Source: a virus (Duplodnaviria; Caudoviricetes). Taken from it: a DNA stretch of 47,920 nucleotides. Each line of letters begins with the position of its first letter. The first letter of the stretch is position 1. The stretch covers positions 1 through 47,920 of IMG/VR virus record IMGVR_UViG_3300038974_000756; one strand, 5' to 3'. Shown piece by piece: positions 10,991-21,733 of this stretch. The position numbers and the translations under genes were made by a program. The notes beneath the pieces are model-generated. The model was not told the DNA's origin and did no database searches. It saw nothing but the letters and a program-made list of their open reading frames with translations.

Positions 10991-11776
10991 ATGGATGTTA
11001 CAGTAGCACTACAAACAGCATATATCTATCTATCTCCTCCTGCTCCAATTGTGCATGAGGGACTGAGTATATCTGTGGCTACTACTCCTGCAGCAATAGC
11101 CTTTCATACTACCGCTCCAAATATTCATCAAGAATGGTATGAGTATGTTACAGTAGAACAACCAGCGCACATATCAATTGCTGCACGTCCAGCTCATGTA
11201 GAGATATATTCCTTGCGTATCCCGCGTACGGAGCGTCGACTACAACACTCTTCATGGCAAGCACGCCTAGGGGCTAAGCTCGATCCTATTAAACGCAAGA
11301 TATTAGATAACCAAATTCTACTCACATCGCATCCAACAGATATGCTGCGTATTCGCACAAAACGTGATGAGAGAACTCATGATGTTTTATCGCGCACAAT
11401 TATTTCCAGCGAGGTGCTTCCTGTTGTTCTCCCTATAATGAAAGATGTACCGCTACGTCGATTACAACATGAAGATGGGTTAACCACATTGAGCATGTCA
11501 GTAATGGAGCATCAGGAAAAGAATCCCTTTGAAGCATTCTGCCCGTTAGCGGGTATGCTCGAACGCGATGATCTGTTATTTAGAATTTTAAAAGACCCAT
11601 ATACAGACAGCCCATATTTTATGGTGTTGCAGGTAAAGGATGAGCTCGGTACGCTAGCATATTCATCACTGCTATATGTTAAATACAAATTGAGTTTTTA
11701 TGATGAGCCTCTTCCTGGAAGTGTGCTTGATACGTTAGCAGAATTCGCTGCAAAGCGCGAGGAATTAACATGGTAA
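10991..11776 (+). CDS. Hypothetical (probably virion) protein
   Basis: 261-aa ORF 3 nt after previous stop. Confidence 0.55.
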   Translation: MDVTVALQTAYIYLSPPAPIVHEGLSISVATTPAAIAFHTTAPNIHQEWYEYVTVEQPAHISIAARPAHVEIYSLRIPRTERRLQHSSWQARLGAKLDPIKRKILDNQILLTSHPTDMLRIRTKRDERTHDVLSRTIISSEVLPVVLPIMKDVPLRRLQHEDGLTTLSMSVMEHQEKNPFEAFCPLAGMLERDDLLFRILKDPYTDSPYFMVLQVKDELGTLAYSSLLYVKYKLSFYDEPLPGSVLDTLAEFAAKREELTW

Positions 11777-11884
11777 ATACAAAAGAATTATATACATTTT
11801 TTGAAGAAATGACTTCACAGGGAATCTCCGGATTTGCTCCTGAACATGTAATTGACGTAGTGGATATTAATAAACCTGAGGAAG

Positions 11885-13000
11885 ATGATAATGATGATTG
11901 AGAATAATTTTATTTATATAGTGTTATCTACAGCACTGATAGGTACTCTACTTATTGTTTTTTGGATGAGAAATCGTAAATTTAAGAAACGCATGGGTAA
12001 TCTATATTATATAATTCCATTAATTATTATTATGGTGATTTCTGGTATTCTTATTCAAGAAACTATTTGGCAAGTAGAGATCATACAAAAACACTATACA
12101 GAAGTGAGGCAGACATTATTAGAACGTAAATGGAATACTGTAGCAGACCAGCTAGATACATTACAAGAGGAAAATTTTGTACTAGTTGAGCAGTTGTCCC
12201 AGGAAGTAATTAATGAATTAAAGCAGTATGATGCGCAGACTCTCGATGAACAATTAGCAATCGTTGGTTATACTGACACAGTTATTCAGCAGGCAGTGGA
12301 TAATGCAATCATCGGAGTATTCTTCAGAGATATTGTACGTGAGACAAATGATCCCTTTGCACTTATTATTGGGTGGGGAGAGGAAGATTCATTTATATTC
12401 TCTAATTTCTCTCAATCCTGTGCAGTTGATACGCTTACATACAGCCTTAAACAAGAATATAATACGATTCAAGGTATAACAGGCAGTGATGAATTAGCAC
12501 AACACACTCTTCAAAAAATTGTAGGACTGGATGTAGGTTCTCCTAGTGAATCATATTTATTTTTACAAGTGGAGCCTAGAGAAGAGGGACCAGTAGCTGC
12601 TGTTACGTTAAGTAAGCTTAAGGATTTGTTTTTTGCTTATAAAGGAGATATAGAGCGCACATTTGAAGGACTTGAATTTTTAGCCCCATACTATATTTAT
12701 CGCGATGGATCTATTAGTGGAGCCCCCCGGTTAGAAAATCGCACGAAGACAGATGCGCGTATCATTGGAATGATATCCTCATTTGGATATCTTAGTGTTT
12801 TGGAACACGATATCTCCTTTCAAGCAGCATTAAATTATCATGATGAATTGTTGCGGGCAAATAGAGAGAAGTATGCCGCCGAAGAGCAAAACACACTTAT
12901 TATAAGCCTTCTTATTATGGGCATAATATACGTTCTTCTTATCTTGTTTTGGTTGTTTATGCACATGAATGTGGAGGATGCTTCAAACTCCTCCCAGTAA
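11885..13000 (+). CDS. Membrane protein with large extracytoplasmic domain
   Basis: Two N-terminal and one C-terminal hydrophobic segments. Confidence 0.6.
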   Translation: MIMMIENNFIYIVLSTALIGTLLIVFWMRNRKFKKRMGNLYYIIPLIIIMVISGILIQETIWQVEIIQKHYTEVRQTLLERKWNTVADQLDTLQEENFVLVEQLSQEVINELKQYDAQTLDEQLAIVGYTDTVIQQAVDNAIIGVFFRDIVRETNDPFALIIGWGEEDSFIFSNFSQSCAVDTLTYSLKQEYNTIQGITGSDELAQHTLQKIVGLDVGSPSESYLFLQVEPREEGPVAAVTLSKLKDLFFAYKGDIERTFEGLEFLAPYYIYRDGSISGAPRLENRTKTDARIIGMISSFGYLSVLEHDISFQAALNYHDELLRANREKYAAEEQNTLIISLLIMGIIYVLLILFWLFMHMNVEDASNSSQ

Positions 13001-13014
13001 GAGAGGCTTCAATA

Positions 13015-13410
13015 ATGGAATTTTTAAAAGAGTTGTATGGGGATGATGTGTTCAACTCTATACTACTTGCAATTTTTGAGTTCTTCTCATACTTACTTGC
13101 AGGGTTGCTGGGAAGTTCCACAAGAGAAATCTTCATAGAAAAAAAGAAAAAATTGTCTCGTATAATAGGCTCCTCACTCATAACGGCAAGCATTCTCTTT
13201 GCCACATCATCTTACATGCAAACTAAGATACCAAATATGAGAGCTATATTCGGTATAGGTGCTTTTCTTGGATTTTATATTCCTAACTTTATGTCTGCAA
13301 TATCTTCAGGGCGAATTATAAAATACGTAATTCGATTCTTTTCTAAAAAATTGTATGATATCATAAAAGATGCAGAAGAAGAAGAAAATAGTTTCAACAA
13401 ATCCTCGTAA
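13015..13410 (+). CDS. Holin-like membrane protein
   Basis: About 3 TM segments and charged C-terminus; start moved to ATG 13015 after GAGG. Confidence 0.45.
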   Translation: MEFLKELYGDDVFNSILLAIFEFFSYLLAGLLGSSTREIFIEKKKKLSRIIGSSLITASILFATSSYMQTKIPNMRAIFGIGAFLGFYIPNFMSAISSGRIIKYVIRFFSKKLYDIIKDAEEEENSFNKSS

Positions 13411-13427
13411 AAGGTTATATTATCTAC

Positions 13428-13982
13428 ATGAGTGATTTACCTGTACGCAGACCAAAACATGTAGCAGAAGAGGTTATTGATAACTACTCCCCGGAAGCTG
13501 AACAGCGCCTACTTACGTTCGTAGAACAGCAAGTAGAGAAGATGAAGGGATATGCTAAGTTCAATTCAGCTGATGGACAGCCAGGTTTCTTTGAGCTTAA
13601 CCGTGCTCTATCGGAACACCAGATAGTGTGGCTAGGATTAGTTACGCTAAATGCACTAGCCAAAGTAGAGCTAGCAAAGGCTAAAGAACAATTCGAGGAT
13701 TGGTTTGCTTCAAAGTATATAGAAAAGCGCGATGAATTAAACCCACGTTCCCTAGCTTCCACTAAATGGTACTCAACGAAGGAAATTGAGATGCATATAC
13801 GTGTTGCTTACCGCGAGGATTACCATACATATGAACGGAATCTTACATACGCGGAGCAGAAAGTCGCACATATTAGACGTCTCATGGAAGGATGGCAGAG
13901 TCAGCAATTTACGTTATCGCGATTGTCGAAGAATGTAGAAGCTGAGTATGGAAGTGGTCAACTAGACAATCAAGTCTTTTGA
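13428..13982 (+). CDS. UvsY-like recombination mediator (helical)
   Basis: Coiled-coil protein with LTYAEQKVAHIRRLMEGWQSQQFTLSRL resembling the UvsY C-terminus; RecA present. Confidence 0.4.
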   Translation: MSDLPVRRPKHVAEEVIDNYSPEAEQRLLTFVEQQVEKMKGYAKFNSADGQPGFFELNRALSEHQIVWLGLVTLNALAKVELAKAKEQFEDWFASKYIEKRDELNPRSLASTKWYSTKEIEMHIRVAYREDYHTYERNLTYAEQKVAHIRRLMEGWQSQQFTLSRLSKNVEAEYGSGQLDNQVF

Positions 13983-14009
13983 CACTAATTAATTAAGGAG
14001 ATCAAAATT

Positions 14010-14327
14010 ATGGGCGAAGAATTTTTAAATAATTTATGGCAGTTACTAGCAGGTTCGGGGGGCGCATCAGTTGTTGTCGCCACTGTGATGGGGTATATCA
14101 AATCGGTTTGGAAACCTGAGCCCAAACAGAAGTATTGGCTAGCCGCAGTACCGTTGTCTATCGCCGCAGCAGGCGTAGTTCTCTGGTACCTCCAATACTG
14201 GAATCTTATAGTATTTATTGCTGCCTCTGCGGTTATCGCCCTGGCTGAGTTGCTTGAGAACAACAAAGCATGGCCATATATTAAACAGGCCTTCTTTGTC
14301 TTGGTGCAACGCCTCGGCAAGAAATAG
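14010..14327 (+). CDS. Small membrane protein (holin-like)
   Basis: Hydrophobic 105-aa ORF with ACTAAT motif and AAGGAG upstream, terminator downstream. Confidence 0.55.
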   Translation: MGEEFLNNLWQLLAGSGGASVVVATVMGYIKSVWKPEPKQKYWLAAVPLSIAAAGVVLWYLQYWNLIVFIAASAVIALAELLENNKAWPYIKQAFFVLVQRLGKK

Positions 14328-14351
14328 ATCCTCCTTGTCCTTCTTACCCTT

Positions 14352-14385
14352 TCCCAGGAAGTAATATTCCTGGGATTTTTTTTTT
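14352..14385 (+). terminator. Rho-independent terminator
   Basis: TCCCAGGAA-GTAATA-TTCCTGGGA followed by T-run. Confidence 0.85.
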
Positions 14386-14576
14386 ACTTTTTGAATTCTT
14401 CTATTATATTGTATGTATGAATACAAAACTAGAAAAGCAGTTTAGCGACGCAGTACGAAAAGCTCGAAAAGAAAATGAGCACAAGCTTCCTATAATGATG
14501 CATTATGCAATGATGGAAATTGTACGCGAAGCATACGAAGCTGGGGTTCTAGAAGGAATGCAATGGGGAAGCAAAC

Positions 14577-15110
14577 ATGAGTAAGTATATACAACTCATT
14601 GAGAGCGAAGTAAAATGGTTCTTCGATCATGTAATGCCTCCTCTTACAGACACAGAGTGTTATTTCCTTTCACTGTCTGCACGCAACAAATACCTCTCGG
14701 CAGAAGAGCGGGAAGAATTACAGCTTGGTAGAACAGAGATGTTCGAAAAGCGTCTTGTGAGAAAGAAGGAATGGAGTAGATTTATCCGCACCTTGAGAAA
14801 GATGGAGTGTGATGAACGTGGATATACTACTAAGAACAACTCTCCTATTCCTAGCAAAGCTCTTGTATGCTACATTAATATCAACCCTTCTGATACATTA
14901 AAAGCACTCTCAGCCTTTCAGTCATTAATAAACGAGTACCAAGTCGAAATTGCATCTATTGCTTTTGGTGGTGGAAAGAAAGATAATCTTGCAAATCGTC
15001 TCAATAAAATTGATAACAATCTCATGACATGCTATCAGCAAGCTACAGGAACACGACATTGGATTGATTTTGATTTTGATGATGATGGAAAGAAAATTTG
15101 TGAAGTGTGA
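14577..15110 (+). CDS. Hypothetical phage protein (possibly C-terminally truncated)
   Basis: 177-aa ORF; ends shortly after WIDFDFD. Confidence 0.6.
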   Translation: MSKYIQLIESEVKWFFDHVMPPLTDTECYFLSLSARNKYLSAEEREELQLGRTEMFEKRLVRKKEWSRFIRTLRKMECDERGYTTKNNSPIPSKALVCYININPSDTLKALSAFQSLINEYQVEIASIAFGGGKKDNLANRLNKIDNNLMTCYQQATGTRHWIDFDFDDDGKKICEV

Positions 15111-15200
15111 ACATGAGATGGATGAAGCAACAATGAAGTTTGTTGAAGGAAAGGGACTTATTGGCCTAGTGACCACCGCACTAGAAGGAGAAAAAAGAAC

Positions 15201-15503
15201 ATGAAATTCAGAAAGAAACCTGTAATTATTGAAGCAGTTCAGCTGCAATGTGAGGAGCAGAGACCAGATGTCACCCCTGAATATTGGCCATTTAAAGAAA
15301 CCCCTGACTGGCTCACCCAAGCTATGGATGAAGGAATCTTATATCCAAAATATTCTTACGAGTCAGACTTCTTCTACATGGAAGTGAGTACCCTAGAAGG
15401 CAAGATGCTTGTCTCTCCTGGTGATTGGATTATTAGAGGAGTTAACGGCGAATTGTACCCCTGCAAACCCGATATTTTTGAGAAAACATATGAGCCAGCG
15501 TAA
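15201..15503 (+). CDS. Conserved phage protein (MKFRKKPV family)
   Basis: MKFRKKPVIIEAVQ...TLEG...GDWIIRGVNGELYPCKPDIFEKTYE signature. Confidence 0.85.
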   Translation: MKFRKKPVIIEAVQLQCEEQRPDVTPEYWPFKETPDWLTQAMDEGILYPKYSYESDFFYMEVSTLEGKMLVSPGDWIIRGVNGELYPCKPDIFEKTYEPA

Positions 15504-15697
15504 TACATTATTTTCTGAAGAATCAACAGCAATCCCTGATATGTTTACTATAGAGTTCTCAACAGAAGAAATAGAAATGAAACCTACCGATCTTCAAGGA
15601 AAGACGATAGATATTGATTTTAAAGAAATAGACACTGAAGTATACGATACGCTTGCTCAGTGGATAGCATTGCAGAGGAGAAGAAATGAAGAAGAGA

Positions 15698-16141
15698 ATG
15701 TATGATTCAACATACGATACAAGAAAACATATAAATAGAGTAGGGTTATATCTCGCTATCTTTCAAGGATTTCTTAGTGACAGAGCAGATCTTCATGATG
15801 CGAGTAAATTACTTCCCCCTGAAAAGGAAACATTTGATAGGGTTACCCCTCTTCTTAAAGAGCTCACGTACGGGAGTGACGAATATAGAGAAACATTAGC
15901 TAGCATGTATGATGCTTTAGAACACCATTACGCAAATAATCGTCACCATCCAGAGCATTTTCCTAATGGAATTAATGGAATGAATCTAATAGACCTCGTA
16001 GAGATGGTATGTGATTGGAAGGCAGCTAGTGAGCGACACGCCGACGGGGACATTTACAAGTCGCTTGAAATCAATAAAAAGCGTTTTGAGATGAGTGATC
16101 AATTATACCAAATACTTAAAAACACAGTAAATATGTTGTAA
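15698..16141 (+). CDS. DUF5662-like HD-fold phage protein
   Basis: HDASKL...HHYANNRHHPEHF...EMVCDWKAA signature. Confidence 0.75.
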   Translation: MYDSTYDTRKHINRVGLYLAIFQGFLSDRADLHDASKLLPPEKETFDRVTPLLKELTYGSDEYRETLASMYDALEHHYANNRHHPEHFPNGINGMNLIDLVEMVCDWKAASERHADGDIYKSLEINKKRFEMSDQLYQILKNTVNML

Positions 16142-16756
16142 CTCTTTCTTATATTGTACATGAGGGAGATTTACAATGAGAATACTGGCATTAGTAATTG
16201 GCTTATTAAACATAGGCAGTGGCGCTTTTCAATTGGTTACCGGTATAAACCACCTACTTGCTCAAAGCCCATGGTAGTCTATTGCGATAAGTTTTTGTAT
16301 TGCTTTAATCAATGCTTTCGCTGCTATGGTATGTATTAGCACGTTTTTGGAGATATAATATGGGCAAACCAATCAAACAATGGGACTGGGTGAGATTTGC
16401 TGGTACACTATGGAGAGTATGTTTTATTAGGAACGATTGGGTTACGTTGTGTAATGAACACCAAAAGAAAAATCATATTCACATTGATCAACTAACACGA
16501 GATCCTCTGTCGGATGTGAAGTTTTCGGACCCCTACCCATACGAATGAAGGATTTGACTATGACATACAACGAAGCCCTGACTGTTAAGTTTTTACGAAA
16601 GATAGGTTGCACTTGGAGAAAGATTGCTGAGTGGGGACAGTCTATAGGACTTACAGAAGGATGTACCCAACAAGAAGGGCGTCAGCTGTGCGAGCAGGCA
16701 ATGAATGTGCTAGACGAAGATATAGAAGTGTTTGAAGGCAGCAATAAGGAAGTAAA

Positions 16757-17266
16757 ATGATCTTAAATTATTGGGGATTAGTGAGAGCCAAAAGAATAGA
16801 TACTGAAGAGTGGATTGAAGGAACATACTATAGACGTGTAGGTAGTTCTTCTTATAGAAGTGAAAAGGCAATTTTAACACAGGAAGTCATCACACATTTA
16901 GTTATTACAAAAAATTTCTCAAGAAATGATTCCACATCACCTGAAAGCTTCCTTGAAGTTATTCCTGAAACAATCTGTCCCTATATTGGAAGAAATGATA
17001 GGAATGATAATAAGATCTTTGTGCACGATGTCATAAAACCTAATACTTATGGAGGAGAGTACTTTGAAGTTCTCCCTTATGAAAAGAAGAATACTCTTTC
17101 TTGGAATTTGGGACATATCTTCAACACATGGGAAGGAAGAGAAGTTGTGATTATTGGAAATACTATTGATGATCCTACTATCATGGAACGATGCCCTGAT
17201 CTTGAAGAACGTTTGCGAAGGTTCTATAAAGCTGTTGCCCTGAAGGAGAAAGAAGATGGAAAGTAG
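16757..17266 (+). CDS. YopX-family protein
   Basis: RAKRIDTEEWIEG...VIPETICPYIGRNDRNDNKIF..D...VIIGNTID. Confidence 0.7.
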   Translation: MILNYWGLVRAKRIDTEEWIEGTYYRRVGSSSYRSEKAILTQEVITHLVITKNFSRNDSTSPESFLEVIPETICPYIGRNDRNDNKIFVHDVIKPNTYGGEYFEVLPYEKKNTLSWNLGHIFNTWEGREVVIIGNTIDDPTIMERCPDLEERLRRFYKAVALKEKEDGK

Positions 17267-17281
17267 TAACAATAAGGAGGA

Positions 17282-17728
17282 TTGAAGATGAAAAAAGAAG
17301 AGATGATTGAACAATTAAAGAAGGTTACCAATAAACTAAAAGACATTGATGGTCATTCGTATTTTAGTCAATTCTTCCCTATTCATTATGAATATGGCTT
17401 AGTCTATAGTAGAAATAAAAAAGAAGCTATCAAAAAATTAGAAGAAAGAAATGTTGAGTTGGTGAATAAGCTGCGTTCATCCTTTACAGAAATGGATAGA
17501 TTGAATTCAGAAATTGTTTATCTGCGTAATCTTATTTCTTCCGCTTCAAGGGAAATCAATGAAATAATAAAAAACTCTGAAGAGAAAAGAACTGTTTATA
17601 CTCTTGAGACAAAGAATGGAACTGAGTTGAGAATCAACCTCCCTGAGCTTGTTGCCTCAAACTTGGAAGAGTATGAATTGATCAAAACATCTGAAGAAGT
17701 GTATAGGTTTGAAAAAGTAACAGAGTGA
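17282..17728 (+). CDS. Hypothetical coiled-coil protein
   Basis: 148-aa ORF with AGGAGG RBS. Confidence 0.55.
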   Translation: MKMKKEEMIEQLKKVTNKLKDIDGHSYFSQFFPIHYEYGLVYSRNKKEAIKKLEERNVELVNKLRSSFTEMDRLNSEIVYLRNLISSASREINEIIKNSEEKRTVYTLETKNGTELRINLPELVASNLEEYELIKTSEEVYRFEKVTE

Positions 17729-18438
17729 AAAGGTTTATTGTTGGAGATATACACGGGGCATACAAAGCTCTGCGCGATGTATTACAAAAAGCAAACTTTA
17801 ATGAGCAAGAAGATACTCTTTATGCTGTAGGTGATTATGTTGATGGATGGCCTGAGTCTGCTGAAGTAATTCGTTATCTTAAAGGTCTTCCTCATTTTAA
17901 TGGTGTACTAGGCAATCACGACGATTGGGCCGCTAACTGGCTTGCTGATCATCGAGCAGAACGCATATGGACAAGTCAGGGTGGTCAAGCTACTATTAGT
18001 TCATACATGAGTATTACTGAGGAAGAAAAAAGAGAACACTCTATATTTCTCAGGCTACTCCCTACTTTCATACAAGAAGATGATTTGTTTATTTGTCATG
18101 GAGGTACTTTATCTCTAGAATATTTACGCGATATGCCTAACTATGCTGTAGAACCGCGGGACCTGCTGTGGGATAGACTGTTATTTATGGATATTGTTCG
18201 AGCACAACGAAACAGTACCCCTATAGACATTCGCCCTTTCTCCCATGTATTTGTAGGACATACCACCACGTCGCAGATACAGCCAGATCTTACTCCTTTT
18301 CATTATCAGGGGTTTTGGAACATTGACCAAGGTGCCGGGTGGGAGGGAAAGCTTACTGTAGTAGATATTGATACGAATGAATGGTGGCAGTCGGAGTTGT
18401 CATCTTCGTACTATCCAAACGTAAAGGAGAGAGGCTGA
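17725..18438 (+). CDS. Calcineurin-like metallophosphoesterase (phage Ser/Thr phosphatase type)
   Basis: GDIHG, GDYVD, GNHD, HGG, GHT motifs. Confidence 0.9.
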   Translation: MKRFIVGDIHGAYKALRDVLQKANFNEQEDTLYAVGDYVDGWPESAEVIRYLKGLPHFNGVLGNHDDWAANWLADHRAERIWTSQGGQATISSYMSITEEEKREHSIFLRLLPTFIQEDDLFICHGGTLSLEYLRDMPNYAVEPRDLLWDRLLFMDIVRAQRNSTPIDIRPFSHVFVGHTTTSQIQPDLTPFHYQGFWNIDQGAGWEGKLTVVDIDTNEWWQSELSSSYYPNVKERG

Positions 18439-18629
18439 TGTGGCGTGAAGATGATTTTTACGATGCAGTGATTTCGTGCATTATGTTTACAGGTGGGCTT
18501 GTACTTGCTATAATAAACCCTTGTGGGTTTAACACAACCGCACGATATGTTCTTGTAGGGGTATTCTCCCTTCTCAGTATTGTAGCTACTATACAATTAA
18601 TTAAGGAATTCTTTGTCAACAAGTAGATT

Positions 18630-18652
18630 CTTCTTATATTATATATGTAAGG
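18630..18652 (+). promoter_or_regulatory. Recurrent early/middle promoter motif TTCTTATATTATA(N)TGTAAGGA (representative copy)
   Basis: Near-identical copies upstream of genes at about 16146, 18630, 21692, 23124, 27799, 28083, 35223, 37598, 40921, 44354, 46965. Confidence 0.7.
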
Positions 18653-18662
18653 AGACAAGGGA

Positions 18663-19067
18663 ATGGCAGACAGAAACATAGTTAAGGTATTGTATGTTAA
18701 CGATTCGGAAGTAGGAAAGAGATTGTTGTTCGGACGCGAGATTCCTAAAACAACCGAAGATTTTACCGAAGGGTATGTTGAAGCAGCTTGCTTTTATCTT
18801 CGTGGTTCCTTCAAGCCTTTTGAGCTTGCCGAAGATATATTCCGGCAAATGCAGGGAATGTTCATGTCGGATACAATGCTCGGCCATATGAAGAATATGT
18901 TCGACAAGCATGTAGGCATGACGCATACATCGATGTCTGTAGGAGACATGATTGTGATTGAGAAGGAAGACAACGATGGAAACAACAAAGAGCGTATTGC
19001 ACTTCTTTGCGCCAACGTTGGCTTCGTCGATATGACCAAAGAATATGAGGCAGCAATAGCTGCCTAG
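18663..19067 (+). CDS. Hypothetical phage protein (HTSMSVGD motif)
   Basis: THTSMSVGDMIVI motif common in phage early proteins; promoter and RBS upstream. Confidence 0.65.
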   Translation: MADRNIVKVLYVNDSEVGKRLLFGREIPKTTEDFTEGYVEAACFYLRGSFKPFELAEDIFRQMQGMFMSDTMLGHMKNMFDKHVGMTHTSMSVGDMIVIEKEDNDGNNKERIALLCANVGFVDMTKEYEAAIAA

Positions 19068-19076
19068 GAGGGAAAC

Positions 19077-19475
19077 ATGAATTTATATGCATACGCAATG
19101 GGCACATTAAATGGGGTGCATGATTACATAGAGAAGCATTATGGAGACGTGCCACGATATCGCGGAGCACTTTTCATGAAAATGCTGGAACCAAGTGAAG
19201 AGGCTACTTCCCCTCAAGACATCTTGTTTAACTCCTTCTGTGGAAAAGATGTGATTTTTATCCATACGCGCTGCGGAGATTGTGGAATGGGGTATGATGA
19301 TGAGGATAGCAATTATGTAGCCTGCGGTGGAGCAGCGTGGGAGAAGAATCTCGGCGATCGATTTATCACGCACTTCACCGATGAATTTGATCCTACATAC
19401 TGTGATCATTATGTTGCAGCAGTACCAGGAAAAGATTATGATGAACTGCTCGCATTCTTTCAAGAAGAAGGGTAA
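19077..19475 (+). CDS. Hypothetical protein
   Basis: 132-aa ORF with GGAGG RBS; IHTRCG motif. Confidence 0.6.
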   Translation: MNLYAYAMGTLNGVHDYIEKHYGDVPRYRGALFMKMLEPSEEATSPQDILFNSFCGKDVIFIHTRCGDCGMGYDDEDSNYVACGGAAWEKNLGDRFITHFTDEFDPTYCDHYVAAVPGKDYDELLAFFQEEG

Positions 19476-19665
19476 TAGGAAAACATCACAGCTTAACCTT
19501 TGCTGCCATATTAATTATATATGGCAGCAATATATTTAATCAAAAACAAACTTAATGGAAAAGTCTACGTTGGGCAAACAACCAACGTAAGGGTGCGCAA
19601 AAACAGACATTTTAACGATTTACGAAAGGGTAAGCACAGAAACATTCATCTTCAAAGAGCGTTCA

Positions 19666-21193
19666 GTGAACTACTCTTCAGCTAAAGACTGAAGAGCTTC
19701 TTTTCGAAGCATCACTACTTTGATTTTCTACTTCACAGGATACTCCACTTAACATACCATTAAAGTATGCAGCTTCCATATCCTCCATAGACATAACTTC
19801 GGTACGTTCCATACCTAGAACAGAATTTATCTCTTCTATTAGAAGATTGATTGCGTTGTCTCTAAGATTTTTTCCTGCATTCTGATCTCTGATAATCTCG
19901 ATACCACAACTAGGGCAAATCCACTTTCTGTCCTTAAGAGTGAGCTTGGAATTAACATATCCGCAGTGGTTACAAGTCTTTGAACTCGGATAGAATCTGT
20001 CAGATTTTACTATGATGCAATTATTAAATTGAGATTTCCAAATCAATTTCTGAGTGAAGGTATACCACGACGTATCAACATAATTTTTAGCATTATGCGA
20101 AAATTTCATCATACCCTGCAAGTTTAAGCCCTCTATTCCAATTACATCATAAGTTCTGACTAATCTTAGAGTTTCTTTTTCTATGTAATCCTTCCTAGAA
20201 TCAGAAATGTGCTTCTCAAACCGTGCAAGCTTGACTCTCGCTTTTTCACGGTTGTTACTACCTTTCTGCTTTCTAACAAGGTTTCTTTGTAATTTTGCTA
20301 GTTTCTTGCTATTTAATTGTTTATATGGTTTATAATTAGGAGCGGTGTTATTATTACTGTCAACATACAAGGAATTAGGGCTGAAATCAAGACCTGTAGA
20401 ATTGGATAGTCTAATACTTTGTTTCAAATCTTGTTCTCTCTCAAAGAGGATAGAACAGTAGTACTCTCCGCAAGCATTTCTCGAAACGGTCATATTAAGG
20501 GGGGTTGCTTCCATGAACCACTCTATCCATTTTGATTTTAAGGAAGAATTTGCTATCCTGAACTTAGTATCTCTGAGCTTCGGAATGAAGATTGTCCTTG
20601 AGTCAAAGTCTACCAAATCCTTTTCCCTTATCATGCATAGAGTAAAGGAATCTTTATGAGATTTTTTGGACTTAAACTTAGGATATCCTACTTTTTTACC
20701 TTTTCTTTGTTTTTTGAGAGATTTAAAAAAGTTAGAGTATGCTTGCTCACAGTTTCTCTGCGACTGTATTAGAGCTTCTGCTATAGTACCCTCATTTAGC
20801 CAAGGATACTTCTTTTCTCTTAGCTCTTTGGGCAAGGTTCTCTTGAATTTAGGTTTGCTGGGGCTATCTTTGTAGGTATTGTAATAATTTATATGTTCTG
20901 ATAATCTCTCATTATAGACAACACGGCAGCATCCAAAAGTTTTATAAAGGATCATCTTCTGCTCTTCAGAAGGATATAGCCTTACTTTTAATGCTTTGTG
21001 TATCTTGCGACTAACTGTATCAGACATCGTAATTAAGACCTCTATTCTTAATTCTTTGTTTAGGGATATTCTAGAAGTACCAATTCTAGAGTATCCTGTT
21101 TTTCTATTATAATAAGTAGAAGAATTTAAAAAGGATTAAAAAGCAATTCATCCTTGAAACTGAAGATTTCAAGGTTTTCTTGCTTTTCTTCTT
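19666..21193 (-). mobile_element. Non-autonomous IS200/IS605-family (IS1341-like, tnpB-only) element
   Basis: Inserted 3' of TTTAT (minus strand, 21198-21194) without target duplication; left hairpin CCTTGAAA-TCTTCAG-TTTCAAGG; right hairpin CTCTTCAG-TCTTTAG-CTGAAGAG ending GTTCAC; no tnpA. Confidence 0.9.
19678..21027 (-). CDS. tnpB: RNA-guided endonuclease TnpB
   Basis: ALKVRLYPSEEQ..FGCCRVVYN HTH, GLDF RuvC-I, IGIEGL RuvC-II, PSSKTCNHCG..WICPSCG zinc finger, RDQNAGKNL RuvC-III. Confidence 0.95.
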   Translation of the reverse strand: MSDTVSRKIHKALKVRLYPSEEQKMILYKTFGCCRVVYNERLSEHINYYNTYKDSPSKPKFKRTLPKELREKKYPWLNEGTIAEALIQSQRNCEQAYSNFFKSLKKQRKGKKVGYPKFKSKKSHKDSFTLCMIREKDLVDFDSRTIFIPKLRDTKFRIANSSLKSKWIEWFMEATPLNMTVSRNACGEYYCSILFEREQDLKQSIRLSNSTGLDFSPNSLYVDSNNNTAPNYKPYKQLNSKKLAKLQRNLVRKQKGSNNREKARVKLARFEKHISDSRKDYIEKETLRLVRTYDVIGIEGLNLQGMMKFSHNAKNYVDTSWYTFTQKLIWKSQFNNCIIVKSDRFYPSSKTCNHCGYVNSKLTLKDRKWICPSCGIEIIRDQNAGKNLRDNAINLLIEEINSVLGMERTEVMSMEDMEAAYFNGMLSGVSCEVENQSSDASKRSSSVFS

Positions 21194-21733
21194 ATAAATA
21201 TGGAGAAGACGCTTTTGAATTTCAAATACTAGAAAATGAGGTACCTGAAAATAAGCTAAATGAATTAGAGAATAGTTATATGGAGACTACTCAGTGCAGA
21301 AAAAGAGACTTTGGCTATAATATTGAGCCGGGTTTTTCTGCAGGAAGAAGATCTGAGGAAACAAAACAGAAAATAAGTAAATCAAAGAAAGGTAAGTTAT
21401 CAGGACTTAATTCCCATACAAAGGAAGCTAATGACAAGCGTAGCAAATCCCTTCTAGGAAAAAAGAAGAATATCAAAATTAGTAAGGAGGAACAAAGCGC
21501 CATAGCTCGAGCCAACGCGTTGAAGGGCGTTGCAAAACGACGCGAAAATTCTGAATACTGGAGCGAATATTTTCGAGCTAAAACCAAGGCTTGGTGGGCT
21601 AATGCAACAAAGGAAGAAAAAGAAAGACGTTGTCTTCAGATGAAAGAAGGATGGAAGAATAAGAAGAATTAATTTTAATTCTTTATAAAGTTTCTTATAT
21701 TATATGTGTAAGCAATAACAAGGAGGTGCATAA

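Larger units (their letters stand above)
19521..21672 (+). pseudogene. GIY-YIG homing endonuclease interrupted by an IS200/IS605 element
   Basis: 19521-19665 reads MAAIYLIKNKLNGKVYVGQT...HLQRAF; removing 19666-21193 restores in-frame ...QRAF-N-KYGEDAFEFQILE...GYN plus NUMOD3-like SEETKQKISKSKKG (207 aa). Confidence 0.9.

Noticed and set aside
19666-21193. IStron (group I intron-IS hybrid)
   Set aside because: Only about 165 bp lie upstream of tnpB, too short for an intron core, and the element is antisense to the host gene.
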